Origin: Lama guanicoe
Taxonomy: Eukaryota
Direction: 5' to 3'
Assembly (NCBI GenBank): GCA_013239625.1
Contig: MU054001.1
Coordinates: 1,928,151-1,992,150 of the forward strand
DNA: 64,000 nucleotides
The notes beneath the pieces are model-generated. The model was not told the DNA's origin. It saw only the letters and a list, made by a program, of their open reading frames with translations, and searched no databases. Of this stretch, positions 41,101-53,660 are shown piece by piece (positions within the stretch are counted from its first letter, which is position 1; every line of letters starts with the position of its first letter). The position numbers and the translations under genes are program-made.

Positions 41101-41639
41101 GTAGCAACGGTTATTTTTATTATAATTTCATACCACCTATACTATTATTTAATATTTTTCTTTAAGCAGACATGTTATTTATATAAATTTATTTCAAAGG
41201 AAACTGAATATTACTACTACAAATGCAAAGCCAGAAACACCGGCCTTGTAGAGATGGAAACTGTAAACTAAACATAAAACAATGTTATTAAATTTTAGCT
41301 AGCTACTGTTGCCTGTTCCATGGCCTGAATTTGAGGACTGCTGCCTTTTCCAGAAAGGAGACAAGCAAGGGTTATACAAAATCGTCTCGTACTTCACTGA
41401 GACTTCTTTTGTTGACTGTAGGCAGGAGGAAGAGTCTGGCAAGTTCAGGGAAGTGAAAGGCCAGTGAGGTTGGAGTCCTGGCTCTGCTCGGGCAGAGAGC
41501 GCAGCAGAGTGCCGCGGAGGGAGGCAGGGCAGGATCAAAGAGACGGTTTAGAAAGGAAATACTGCTCCTAGAATGAGACTTCATGCCACACCGAATCATC
41601 TCACGAGGCACCCAGTGGTTACCTGAACACACTTTGGAA

Positions 41640-42080
41640 AGCCAAGTCAGAAAAGCATTGTGGAGCCCACCTGTGCTCGTCAGTGCCCCCCGGAGGACAC
41701 CTGCTGGCAGCTTCCAAACGCAAAGTCTGCCTCTCACTTCTTTCTACCTTTAGGCATCTTCTGGCTGCAGGGTGTGTACTTTAGACCAAACGCAGAAGTG
41801 AGGGGATGGGGAGACCTCAGGAGCAACCCTCCACCAATGAGGGACAGAGGTAGGGAGATACCCCAGTTTCCTTGCCTCTTCATGGGACTCACAGTCTCTC
41901 CGGGCATCCTTGATTGAGCCCTTTGCCCTAGTGGTAGCTCACTCATCAACACATCCTTTACTGGCTTTCCTCCCTTCTACTTCACTCTAACCAGGCTTTC
42001 TGGGATCACTTCCCAAATAAATTCCTGGCACCCAAACCCTCGTCGCATGATCTGCTTTGGGGAAACCCCAACTATGGCAC
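41640..42080 (+). mobile_element. LTR16-family (ERVL) solo LTR
   Basis: The end GGATCACTTCCCAAATAAA...TCTGCTTTGGGGAAACCCCAACTATGGCA is typical of LTR16. Confidence 0.7.
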
Positions 42081-42229
42081 AGTTTAAACTTCTGACAGTG
42101 GATTGAGTTGCCAAGTAAGTTTTCTTGAGGCACTTAAGAAATGGCTGAGAATGTTCAATGGAGATTCATGGATCAGGTAAGAATTCAATGAGAAGGACTT
42201 TTAGTACCTTAGGTCCCATGATTCTAGAT

Positions 42230-42569
42230 CAAGAGTTGGCAAACTACAGCTCACAGGCCACAGCCAACCCACTGCCTGTTTTTGTGCAGCCTGTGAGCTA
42301 AGAATGGTTTTTACAGTTTTAAATGATTGGAAAAAAATCAAAATAAGAATAACATCTTGTGGCTCCCCAGAATGATAAGAAACCCAGATTTCAGTGTCCA
42401 TCAGTAAAGCTTTATTGGAGCACAGCCACGCTCATTCATTCCCACACCCTCCACGGCTGCTTTTACTCCATTACTGCAGAGTTGAAGAGCTGCAACTGAA
42501 ACCCTATGTCCATGAAGCTCAAAACACTTACTGTCTGGCCCTTTACAGAAAAGAGTTTGCTGACCCCTG
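42230..42569. mobile_element. MER58B-like hAT-Charlie MITE
   Basis: TIRs CAAGAGTTGGCAAACT / AGTTTGCTGACCCCTG; 8-bp TSD-like TTCTAGAT/TTCAAGAC. Confidence 0.85.
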
Positions 42570-43430
42570 TTCAAGACCATCATCCTGCAGAGAGACAAGA
42601 GGCAGACTGAGACCTGGCTGCACCATAGATGGGGAGCCCGTCACCAGATCTAGTATTTAGAGGACTGTTTGGATCAGATCCTCACATTTCCTTTCCCTAC
42701 ATCTCTGTGACCACCTTGATGACTCCCTCTGCCCTCTGCAGGTATCTAGGACTCTTCCATTGAATCATTAATGTTCCTATACCAAGAATAATTTTATTTT
42801 TAAAAAGCCATGAGAACTTCTCTTCCCCACATTCTGCCCACTGTGGTCTTATCCACGCTTGACGGCTTTGGCAGCCATTTAATTACGGATTCCTCCCCAA
42901 ACCAAACCAAATCTCCAGTCCAGGACAGTGTCCTGAGATCTCAGATTAATATTCAAATATCTGTTCAACATAAGGTTAAGATGGGGGGGGGGTTCTGCTG
43001 CTTACCAACGGCCTAACTTTGAGCAAGGCATTTAATTGTGTGGGGCATCAATTTCATCACCTGTCAAAGGTGGAAATGATCCTGACCAGCCTGCCAGGAT
43101 TACTGTGCTAACTAGACGAAAGGAGAGCTGCCCTCAGGACAGTGCCACCTGGCCTCAGCCTCCCTCTCCAGCATATTATTGTATCATTGGACCTTTCTTC
43201 ACACTCCCTACTCATAGTCTCTCCTCGACCTCCTTGACTTTGCCAAGCTCATGGCTACCTCCAGGCCTTTGCACATGCTGCTTTTTCTGCTTGAAACACT
43301 TTTTCCTCATCTCACCCCTGGCCTGGCTGGTTCTCAGCCTTTCTGACCCCCAATCCAAAGTAGGTTCTTCTGCATGCCTCTCCATCTTTGTGCTTGATTC
43401 TCGCACTGTATGTGCAGTAATGTCTAATTA

Positions 43431-44052
43431 TAGTCAATTCTCATTATTTACAGTGGTTATATTCTATAAACTTGCATGAACATAGAATTAGCAAATACTG
43501 AAACATTTCTCTTAAGGGAAAAACCTAAGGTTAGGTTTCTGCAAGCCTCTGGTCACATTTCCATCAAGAGATCAATATGTAACCTTGTTTTATGTGTGTT
43601 TCCATTTCAAGACACTTAATTTAGTACATATTGTTGATTCATTCACATTGAACTCTCACACAATACCACTACAGGCCATGCCTGAACAAAGTTTATCTAA
43701 CACATACTTTCTCCTCAAGGCACATCACAGCATTCTTGTGCTTTGGAACATTAGACGGCACTTCAGCACTGTGTTTGGGGGTGATTTTAAACAGCAAAAT
43801 CACCCCCCAAAAAAGCAAAAATAGAAAAAATAATGTGGCACTAAATAGACCACAAAAAGGACACTTGTTTACACTTATGAGAGCGGAACCAAGAAGGCAG
43901 AACACGTGTGTCGGGCGACTCAAATTTTTAGCCACTCTGTGTCCGTGAAGGACCGTGAAAGAGCTGCAGACATTGATTTGGGGGTCACAGGTAAATGTTA
44001 GCAAGTGAGAGGATTTGCAAACACAGAATCTGCAAATAAGGAGGATCCACTG
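43431..44052. mobile_element. MER82-like TcMar-Tigger element
   Basis: Termini TA|TAGTCAATTCTCATTATTTACAG... and ...GCAAATAAGGAGGATCCACTG. Confidence 0.8.
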
Positions 44053-44339
44053 TCCTTCCTTCTCGTTTCTCTCATTCACGCAGTGTGTGAGTGCACCCCA
44101 GGCTGGTTTCCCTCTGTCTTACCACTTTATCTCCAGCACCTGGAACACTGCCGGGCGCGTGGTAGTTTCCCAATAATAAATATAGTCTAAACGAACACAC
44201 GAGTCAATCTGGTAAAAGCGCTTCGTTAGCTGCAGTGACAGCTCGTGTATACGGAGGAGGCACCACGAACTGCCCTGTGCTGAGTGCCTTCTCTGTGGTC
44301 CCTTTGGCAACAAGGGAAGCGGCAGATTACTGCACTTTT

Positions 44340-44725
44340 GCCATGGGCTCTGGAATCACACTGCCCGGGTTCAAATACGGGGTCTGCCTCTTACTAATCA
44401 TTGAACCCTGAGCAAGTTGCTTTGCGGCTCTGAACCCCAGCTTCCTCAGCTATCAAATGGGGCAGTTATAGGACTACCTACCTTGTGGGTTATGGGGAGG
44501 AGTCGATGTGGCATCGCACAGAAAGCATTTGGCACAGCGCTGAGCCCTTAGTAAACATTACCTGTTACAGTCAATAATTCCCATGGCCACTCTAAGATGT
44601 TTATACTATCATATCCATTTTGCAGATGAGGAAACTGAGGTTAGGAGGGGTTCCATGAGTCCCCAGGGGTCACACACAAGGAAGGGATGACAATGGGGGC
44701 TCCAAGCCCGTGCTCATAACCACTT
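44340..44725. mobile_element. Two MIR elements in opposite orientation
   Basis: GGCTCTGGAATCACACTGCCCGGGTTCAAAT...; CCATTTTGCAGATGAGGAAACTGAGG. Confidence 0.75.
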
Positions 44726-45589
44726 TCCTGTAAAGGTAGCACTTACTAAAATGATGAGGGCAGCTCTGGGAAGCCCCCTGAACTTCTGTGGGATGAGGGT
44801 AAGGAGAAACTCCCATTTCCCGTGAGTCTTCTCTCATATTCCACATCTGTGCCTTTCTGTTCCCTGCCCGCTTTTGAGTTGAACCCTTTCAGGGCCAGCC
44901 CTATCGGGAGGGAGGATGTCGGTTTGCTGTCTTGGGTTTGACAGCTCACAGTCAGAGACATTTCCTGCTTAAAAGGCACACAGAAGATGAGGGCGGAGGA
45001 CGAGGAGAAGAATCAGCATTCTGGGCTGCGACAACTGTCCTCTGTCTTCTCCAGCCCTTTAGATCAAGGTCCTTACACTTGCCTGCTGGTTGGGATCTCC
45101 TGGGAAGCTCTTAGGTATTCAGATGCCCAGACCTCAACCGAGACCACTTAGATTTGAGTCTAGGGTGGGTGGGGGTGGGAGGAAATAGGGCATCAGTATT
45201 TTTTAATGGTCTCCAAGCGATTCCAATATGTAGGCAAGTTTGAGAAATGGTGCTTTGGATCTTATATCAGCACTCAGCTCCAACGCCTGAAGTCGCTTTG
45301 TGTAACAGTCACTCTTTTCCTACGACTGGCCCATCGGGGATTTGGGCAGGCTTTCCAGAGGCACTGGCTCGCGGAGGATGTTTGTGCGCGGGCGACCCGG
45401 TGTTCTGCTCTGCCCCTAGGCCCAGCCGGGAGACGCGGGTCTCTGGGTCCCCGCAGGCAACGACACGTGCGGCCGTTCAGACTTGTCTGGCTACCTGCGT
45501 CGCAGACCGCCAGCAGGGCTCGGCGGCCCCCACCTGCCCACCCCAACCACAGAGGTTCGCAGGAAAGGCCCGAGGCTCGGGAATCCTAC

Positions 45590-45690
45590 CTTGGCTGCCG
45601 GCGCTGCCCTCCAGCCCCCGGAATCCTGGGACTCAGGTTCGATCTGTCGCCAGCCTCCGCGGTCGCTTTCGTCTGCTCCTGAGAGGCGCC
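45590..45690 (-). other. CHD9: Putative non-coding first exon (5' end approximate) of a minus-strand gene, likely CHD9
   Basis: The minus strand reads ...GCCGGCAGCCAAG|GTAGGA, a splice donor at 45589-45588 inside the CpG island. The gene name is inferred from the recalled divergent CHD9NB/CHD9 arrangement in human. No CHD9 coding exon is visible in the window. Confidence 0.45.
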
Positions 45691-45703
45691 GACTAGAACG
45701 CAG

Positions 45704-45717
45704 GCGCCACCTAGTGG
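45704..45717 (-). promoter_or_regulatory. CTCF binding motif
   Basis: The minus strand reads CCACTAGGTGGCGC, a perfect match to the CTCF core CCASYAGRKGGCRS. Confidence 0.8.
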
Positions 45718-46289
45718 ACGCGGGGCGGCCGCGCGGGAACCCGGCGGGGGGTGGGAGCGAGGTCAGTCTCGGGCGGAAATGCAGCCTGGGCTTCCCACGT
45801 GGGCGGTTTCCCAACACGCCGCGCACCCCGGGCGCAAATCCCGGCTGGGGAGCAGGGACCACCTTCACTCTCTAAAGGGCGCTGGGACCTGAACTTGTTG
45901 AACCGTCTCTTGAGGGCATGGAGGAGCAGCCAGGCCCTGGCTGCTGGCCTGGGATCCATCCTGGGATTTTCCTGGCAGGACTCAGGGATCTTGCCTTTCA
46001 TCCAAAAGCTTTCAGTACACCCTAATTTGGCATAGCCTCTCTTTTAAATATACTGGACGCATCAGAAGATGCAAGGGACTGGGTTTGTCTCAAGCCTTGG
46101 GAGGCCTTTCCCCTACCAGCACAGCAGCCCTTTCTTTTTGTCTTGCCTCCTACTGGCACCCTTCCCCCCTTGCCCTCCTACCCTGTTCCCTCCAGTCTCT
46201 TTGGCTGAAACTTATTAAACACCCAGTCGCTGTCACACCCTGTGTGGGGTCCGGAGACACAGGTCCCCGTAGGAGTTGGCAACCCAGGT

Positions 46290-46484
46290 AATGTTTCTGA
46301 CCGGAATGCCATTGACATTTCTTTGGTTGGGGCCATTCTGGCAATGCAGGACATTTAGATCCCTGAATCTCTGGCACTAAATGCCAGTAGCCACCCCACA
46401 GTCATTGTGACAACCAAAACCACCCCTTCATATTTCCAATTGTCTCCCAGGTTGGAGGAGCAGCGCCCTATGCTGAGAACCTAT
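46290..46484. mobile_element. MER20-like hAT-Charlie element
   Basis: CACTAAATGCCAGTAGC...TTGTGACAACCAAAAC...TGAGAAC signature. Confidence 0.7.
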
Positions 46485-47589
46485 TAACTGATTATTAAGA
46501 TGAGGTGGATGCCTCCCACTCCTTTCTTGAGGCTTCTAGTTTTTTGTTTTTGTTTTGTTTTGTTTTTTAAGGAAGACAGGGTGAAAACAGGGCTGCAGAA
46601 ATAGTGGATTATTTATGTCTTCTTAAGCAAATGTTAACAGAGCGCCTACTATGCGCCAGGCACATTTCTATGAATGAAGGATGCAACAAAGAACGAAAGA
46701 GCTCAAAATCTCTGCCCTCGTTGAATTCACATTTGTGTAACAAAGTAACACTTTTAACACATGCACAAATGCAATGCTATGTAATTGCGCTCTCACTGGG
46801 TAAGTACAGGATTTATTTTTTAAAAATATATCAGTGCATAGGGCACCAAAGGCAGAGAGTGCCTGGTGATGGAGACAAGTTTTGCAAAGTTATATGGGGG
46901 AACGGCTTCTCTTAGTTCTGGCAGTTTATCTCTGTGGTGACCTTTGGAGGTAACATCCCCAGTGGAAGTGTTAATGATACGTCGTGACAGTGTGACCTGT
47001 GCCAATCCTCCCTCCCCCCACCTGCGTGTGCCTACTTATCTTTGGTCTGTCTGTACTGGCGTCATCTGGTCAAAGTGACCATCAAGGGCAGAGGAGGAAG
47101 AAGAGGGGAGGAGGTGCCTGGAGAAGGAAGGGGTGGTGTGTGCGCATATATGTGTGTGTGTGTCACTGACAGGGGCCACCCCCAGCTACTCAGGGCAGGC
47201 TGGTGCCCTGGTGAAGATGATTCAGTCAGAGAAGTGCTGACAGGTACACTTCCCATTCTGTCACTTTAAAGTGTCTCTGAGTCACTTCCAGACTGCTTTT
47301 GCCCCTATCCCCGTGAGAACTCCTCCTCCTCCCCACACCCCACCCCACTGTGCCCCTAAGCTTCCCTGGGCAAAGTCCTAGGTTGTAATGCTGGGATTCT
47401 GATGCCAGGCGTCCCCTGATGAGGTTAGGGGTTTCCAAAGGACTCTCTCTCCTCTGCGTTCTCCTAACATTTTGCTCATTCCACTAATCACAGTGTTTTG
47501 GAAACTAGTTACCAACAGGTCTGTTTTCTCCCTAGATTCTCCATAGGTGATCTCCTTGCGGGACTGCTCCATGTTTGATAGGTGGTAGT

Positions 47590-47850
47590 GTCAATAATAA
47601 TAATAAATAATAACAATAATTATTATTATTTATAATGCATTAGGCACTAAGAAGTTTAGATTGACTAGTTTAATCCTCATAATAACCCTATGAAGTAATC
47701 ACTATAGTTTTTCCCATTTTATTGATGGAGAAACTGAGACTGAACATGCTTCAGTGATTTACCCTGGGTAGAAGAGTTAGCAAGTGGTGCAGCCGGGACC
47801 TGAATTTGGATCACCTGATTGCAGAATTTTTGCCTTTGAGCACTCGACTA
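47590..47850 (-). mobile_element. MIR
   Basis: TTAATCCTCATAATAACCCTATGAAGTA...CCCATTTT...GAAACTGAG. Confidence 0.75.
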
Positions 47851-49786
47851 CTGTGGATTGAGCACCTGGACAGCTGTGCTGGACACTGGGTTTTAGATAC
47901 GGGACAGGATGGACAAGGGGCTCTCATTTCTATCCCTCTGTGCTTTTGTTCTGTCAAAGGGAGAATTTTGTTTGCTGCACTTTGCTTTTTTAATAAATTC
48001 ATAATGTTATGAACTGTAACCTACTTTTAGTAGGTAAGGGCTTGTTTATTTTCTAGAGTGATGCTTCATTAAAGAGGGTGAGACTCCTCTATTCTCCACA
48101 GTGGATAGAGCTAGAAATAGGGGTGCCGGGCACATGGGCAGAATGTTAGGTCCCTGGGAGAAGGAGGGCTAGAGAGAGGAGGCAGGGACGTCAATGACAA
48201 CAACAGGAAAGGGCTGGTGCCCATCCCAGGAAGGGCACTTTGGTCTTGTGAGGCTGGCCCTGTGGACTGAATAGGAACTTGATTTGGGAAGTCATAGTAT
48301 GTTTACGTCTGTCAGAGGGAAGTTTGGTTACTTTCTGGTCATGAACTGCAGCTGCAAACCCTGCCAAATATTATGAGGTATATGAGCAGCATGGTATGTA
48401 TGCTGTCTCATTGACTTTTCCCCAAAGTCCAGGAAAGTGAGAATCAGAGATGTTTAGCAACTTGCTGAAGACCACACAGCATATACACCATAGAGTTAGT
48501 ATTCAATCCCAGGTTCCTCTCATGCTGAATCTGGTGCTTCTAACCGTGAACATTAGCTACCTTTCTGTAAATGAATGATGAATTAAACTGAACTCCTCGG
48601 GAGGGATTTGCATTTCTTCGTTTTGGCCAGGATGTCCTTCCTTCCTCTACCAGCTAGTGTTCTGTTCATCCTTCTAGGTCCAGCTGGAGGAAGCCCTTCC
48701 CTATGCCCTCTTTCCAGTATGACCTTTTACCTGTACTAAAGCACTGCATTCTGCTTCTTGGTTAATCCCTGCAAAGGTGTTGCCTCTCCCAACAGACTCT
48801 GTGCCCTTGAGAGCAGGACCCACGTGGGTTGTGCTAGACATTGTGTTTACCTCTCCACATCCGCCCTTCTTTTCCACCCTGCTCTGCATCCTGGGAGGCT
48901 GCCCTAAATGGGCAAGACCAAAAGTTTCTATGCCTGCTGGCTTCAACCTGGATTTGGCCAATAGGAGTCCTGGGAGAGACTGAGGGTGGGAGGAAAATTG
49001 AGGTACTTATGGCCCCAGCTCCCTTCCTGCAGGCTGGAGACGGGGAGGGCTGGCCACTCACCTACCCACCAGCCACAGCTGTGAGGTGTCCCTCTGCACA
49101 CAGCCCTCTTTGCCTCCACATCCAGGCCTCCTAAATTGCAATTCACTAAAGTTCTGGAAACCGTACAACACCCAAAATGGAACCTTGTACCATGTAGCTC
49201 AATAAACAGCTGGTGAGCTAAATTAGGGGCAGGTGTGTTTGTTTGTTTGTTTGTTCGAATGCAAAGCAGGAGAGAAAGGATTTTAAATGATCTTGAGAAC
49301 TAGGACCAGATGGCAAATAAGCCCCTAGGCTCCTGGCAAACTGTTTTTATTTACTTTTTTGTTGGGATGATCTGAACATTTTTTCATAAATTAATATACA
49401 GCAAACTTGGCTTCAAAAATTGGTGTACAGTTCTATGAATTTCAGCACGCATGTCGATTTGTATAACTTACCACCACAATTAGGACACAGAACACCAAAA
49501 ACTCTCTCCAGCTATTACTGTATAGTGATACCACTGATCTGTTCTTAATCCTTATATTTTTGTCTTTTTGAGAATGTCATATAAATGAAATAAAGCAGTG
49601 GATAACCTCTTGAGACTGGCTTCTTTCACTCCTGAATGCCTTTGAAATCCATCAAACCTGTTGTATGTAACAGCAGTGTCTCCTTTTTATTGCTGAGTAA
49701 TATTCTGTTGTATGAATGTACCACAGTTTATTTCTCCCTTCACATTTGGGATGTTTCTAGGTGTTGATTATTAATTGAGCTGCTCT

Positions 49787-49918
49787 GGGGTGGGGAGGGT
49801 ATAGGTTAGTGGTAGAGTATATGCTTAGTATGCATGAGGTCCTGGGTTCAATCCTCAGTACCTCCATTAAAAAGACAAACAAATTTTTAAAAAAATCTAA
49901 TTAGCTCCCCCCACCCCA
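49787..49918 (+). mobile_element. Vic-1-type tRNA-Ala SINE
   Basis: TSD AAT(T/A)GAGCTGCT(C/A)T (49773-49786, 49919-49932). Confidence 0.9.
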
Positions 49919-49987
49919 AATAGAGCTGCTATAAATATTTATGTTCAGGTTTTTGTGTGAACATGGTTTTTCATTTCCCTTGGGTAA

Positions 49988-50368
49988 TGTTATGGACTGA
50001 AAATGTCCCCCTGCAAATTCGTTTGTTGAAGCCCCGATCTGCAGTGTGACTGCATTTGTAGTACTTTTATGGAGCTAATTAGGTTAGATGAAGTTACAAG
50101 GATGGGACCATAATCCCACTGAACTTGTGTCCTTATAAGAGCAAGGGGCACCAGAGTTCTCTATGTTTGTGAGCACGGAGGAAAGGCCATGTGAGGATGC
50201 ATCCAGAAGGCAGCTGTCTGCAAACCAGGAAGAGAGTTCTCACCAGAAACCAAATTTGCCAGCACCCTGATCACGGACTTCAAGCTTCCAGAACTGTGAG
50301 AAAACGTCTATCGTTTAAGCCGCTGAGTTTGTGCCATTTTGCTATGGCAGCCTGAGCAGACGGATACA
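49988..50368 (+). mobile_element. MLT1A-like MaLR solo LTR
   Basis: TG...CA termini; 5-bp TSD GGTAA (49983-49987, 50369-50373); GGACTTCAAGCTTCCAGAACTGTGAGAA motif. Confidence 0.9.
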
Positions 50369-50799
50369 GGTAAATATTCTATTAACCTGAGAGGAACTGC
50401 CAGACTTTCCAGAGTGGCTGCACCATTTTGCATTCCCACCAGCAACCTATGAGATTCCAGTTACTCTGCAACTTTGCCCGCATGTGGTTTTATCGGCAGT
50501 TTTCATTTGCGTTTTGTATGTTGATTTTTGTGTGTATGCTATGTTTTGTAGGTGGTAATGTTTAAGGAAGCATTTTTAAAGCTTTGAAAGTATCCTGCTG
50601 AGGTCCCAGCCATCTTTGGGTTGTTCCATCCCATTTCTCTTTTCTTGTCTTTCTACTGGCCTCATTCTGTTCCTAGAGCAGTTTCCCCTAGGCAGAGACA
50701 CCTAGTGATCTGGCAAATTACAGTCCTCATCAGAGGTGAATCCATTTCTGAGAAAGTTGAGGAAGAGGTTACATGTGGGCAGATCTGACTCCTTCATGG

Positions 50800-50913
50800 G
50801 ACCTATGCCTCATTTAAAGTTCTATTGTCACCCTCTTGAATTCTTACTAGTTTTTGAACACAGGCCCACATTTTAACTTTATGTAGACCCTGCAAATTAT
50901 GCAACCAGTCCTG
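50800..50913. mobile_element. MER91-like hAT MITE
   Basis: TCTTGAATTCTTA...TTTTTGAACA...CCCTGCAAATTATG...CAGTCCTG. Confidence 0.55.
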
Positions 50914-51554
50914 GACGTGGGGGTCACAGGCAGGGCAAGGCTTCTCACCAGGTTCACTGTGAAACGGGGCCTCATCTTCTCACCAACCACACCTCTAAAC
51001 TAACCCAAGCCCAGCCCGAGAGTCTTGCCTGTCTCCTTGGTGCTCCTGCTGCCTGTCTTTTGTGCTGACTTGGGACAAGCATGATTCAGAAGCTTCACAA
51101 GAGAATTGTTGTCTTAGGATCCCAGCATCCACATGAAGATTTGCCTTAATTAGGGTCTTTTAATCGGAAGGCATACGGAGCCTCCCTCTTCCACCCTGAC
51201 ACACCCACCACCCCCACCTGCACTTTGGCGTTTATGTGGGAGAGGTAAATGCACAGCATCATCCTGTCTTCCTCATTGTCACTCTGCCAGCCCATTTGGC
51301 GAGAAGCTCGCTCCAAGAGAGGTGATTTATGGGGGAGTCTTACCACATTCTCGTGGATCACTGAATGCCTAGGCCCAGGAGGATCAGTGGTGTTAACCAG
51401 AGGCACTGCCAGCGGGTCAGGAAGGGGAAGGAGTGGGAAGGTCACAGACTTCGCAGGCATCGTCCTGAGCTGGCTGCCCACCGGACATGTGGCCTCAGGC
51501 CATTGACCTAACCACTCTGGACTCAATTATTTCACCTCTAAAGTGGACTTAATA

Positions 51555-51724
51555 GTGGAGAGGGTATAGCTCAGTGGTAGAGTGTGTGCTTAGCATGCAT
51601 GAGGTCCTGGGTTCAATCCCCAGTACCTCTATTAAAATACATACATACATACATACATACATACATACATACATACATACATCTAATTACCTCTCCCCAA
51701 AGTAAAATAAAATAAAATAAAAAT
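51555..51724 (+). mobile_element. Vic-1-type SINE with (TACA)n tail, inserted in a MIR
   Basis: Perfect 16-bp TSD TAAAGTGGACTTAATA (51539-51554, 51725-51740); (TACA)n at about 51638-51682. Confidence 0.92.
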
Positions 51725-52250
51725 TAAAGTGGACTTAATAATACTCCCTTACAGGACTGTTTGATGGTGAGGAGCCAGTGCAAGGACTTGGGTAAAATAT
51801 CCCAGGTGGGCATGCACCCACCCCTCACCCTGCCAACCCTGTAAGTGGGTGGGAGTTGGTGTCACCTTCAACTGCTGGGTGCACACTTGGGAAAGAATAA
51901 ATTCTCTGCTTCTCTGAAAAGCTGCTTCATGGACCTGCTTGATCCTCTTTCCAGCTTCCTGGGAGCTGGGTCAGGATTATCAGGCCCTTTTTGGAGTTCG
52001 CAGAAAGAAAGAGGGTGATCAGAAAATAAAATAGGAATCAAATATAGAGCACTGGAGGGGCCAACTTCAGTTCAGCAGCCTGAGAGTCTTCACTCAAGAA
52101 GCCTTGATGTCAGAGATCATTCATTCTTAGCTTTGAAAATCTTCACCCATGGGTCCCGAATTAAGAGAGCAATGCCAGGCCTGCCGAGCTGACAACATCT
52201 GTGATGGTGTGTGAAGGTAGCCTTAATGGGGCCTTTACAATAGGTACAAT

Positions 52251-52378
52251 GAGGGGGGTGGTATAGCTCAGTGGTAGAGTGTGTGCTTAGCACGCACGAG
52301 GTCCTGGGTTCAATCCCCAGTAGCTCCATTAAAATAAATAAATAAATAAACCAAATTACCTCCCTGCACCCCCAAAAT
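52251..52378 (+). mobile_element. Vic-1-type tRNA-Ala SINE
   Basis: GGGTATAGCTCAGTGGTAGAG...GGTTCAATCCCCAG head with a (TAAA)n tail. Confidence 0.9.
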
Positions 52379-52389
52379 AGATAAGGTAA

Positions 52390-52600
52390 GCATAGTGATA
52401 GAGAGAGTGGAATCCGGATGACTTGGGTTCCAGTCCCAGCCCTGCTCTTTCCTGGCTGCTAGACCAACCTCTCTGTGCCTCAGTGTCTCCCTCTGCTTGA
52501 TGAGGATTAAATAACACCAGCTACTTCTTAGGGTTTTTGCGAGGATGAAACAAGATGATGAAAGTAAAGTGTGCTTGGCACAGAGTAGCATGTGGTACCT
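52390..52600 (+). mobile_element. MIR
   Basis: TTGGGTTCCAGTCCCAGC...CTCTCTGTGCCTCAGT...GTGCTTGGCACAGAGTA. Confidence 0.7.
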
Positions 52601-52639
52601 GCTAGTTTGTTTGTTTGTTTGTTTATTTTTATATTTGCT

Positions 52640-52856
52640 TATTTTTCTTTCCAGTTTTATTGAGATATAATTGACATACAGCCCTGTGTAAGTTTAAGGG
52701 AACAGCATAATGCTTTGACTTTTATACAGCATGAAATGATAATCACAATTAGTTTAGTGAACATCCATTATCTCATATTGATACAATGCTACAGAAGTAG
52801 GAAAAAATGTGTGTGTGATGAGAACTCAGGATTTACTTTCTTAACAACTTTCTTAC

Positions 52857-52895
<39 letters not shown>

Positions 52896-52937
52896 TTATT
52901 TATTTATTTATTTATTTATAACATACAGCAGTGTTAA
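52640..52937 (-). mobile_element. L1 3' end with internal (TTTA)n
   Basis: TTTTATTGAGATATAATTGACATACAG... reverse L1 terminus. Confidence 0.8.
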
Positions 52938-53118
52938 ATGCTAGTCCTTTAATTACTTACCCTGTTTGGGTAACCCAGAGTCCACGGTCTTAGGACTCCC
53001 TCCTTATTTGTCAACCCTGGGTGGAGGTGGCATTCTAGGGTAGGGGATGGCCTCCAGGTGGGGTCTGTGAGTCCCGGAACTGAATTTGACCCTGAGACAC
53101 AGCGGGAGGGCACAGCGC

Positions 53119-53131
53119 GTTGCTTAGTAAC
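53119..53131. promoter_or_regulatory. RFX X-box (GTTGCTTAGTAAC) in the putative promoter of the microprotein gene
   Basis: Near-palindromic match to the RFX consensus GTNRCC(N0-3)RGYAAC, in a CpG-containing patch about 370 bp upstream of the ATG. Confidence 0.65.
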
Positions 53132-53372
53132 AGGACTTCCCTTGCGTGTGAAGCGAGGGCCGGTGTTTACAGGTAGCTAGGTGGGGGGTTGTAATTTGTA
53201 AGGAAGAGGTTACAGGTTAAACAAAAGGGAATTCTTCTGGTGGAAGAATAGGGCTTGGTGCTAGGAATTAGTCGGCTTAGCAGGAAGGGCCCCGTTCCAG
53301 GCCCTGCCCACCCGACAGAAGAGGGGATGGTGTCTTTATGCAGATTGGACTGGCGTCTCCCTGTGACCATAG

Positions 53373-53660
<288 letters not shown>

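Larger units (their letters stand above)
45330..45860. promoter_or_regulatory. CpG island promoter, probably the distal CHD9 promoter on the minus strand
   Basis: The densest CpG cluster in the window. Contains E-boxes CACGTG (45464-45469, 45796-45801), a GC-box/ETS-like GGGCGGAAAT (45771-45780), an E2F-like GCGCGGGAA (45731-45739) and a CTCF site. Confidence 0.75.
49375..50500 (-). mobile_element. Old L1 (L1MB/L1MC-like) 3' region with a nested SINE and a nested MLT1 LTR
   Basis: Reverse L1 text (GGCTTCTTTCACTC..., GCTGCACCATTTTGCATTCCCACCAGCAA). Confidence 0.8.

Noticed and set aside
45206..46035. Multiple overlapping 90-158-aa ORFs in the CpG island
   Set aside because: Stop-codon depletion expected in GC-rich islands; Arg/Pro/Gly-rich products in several frames at once.
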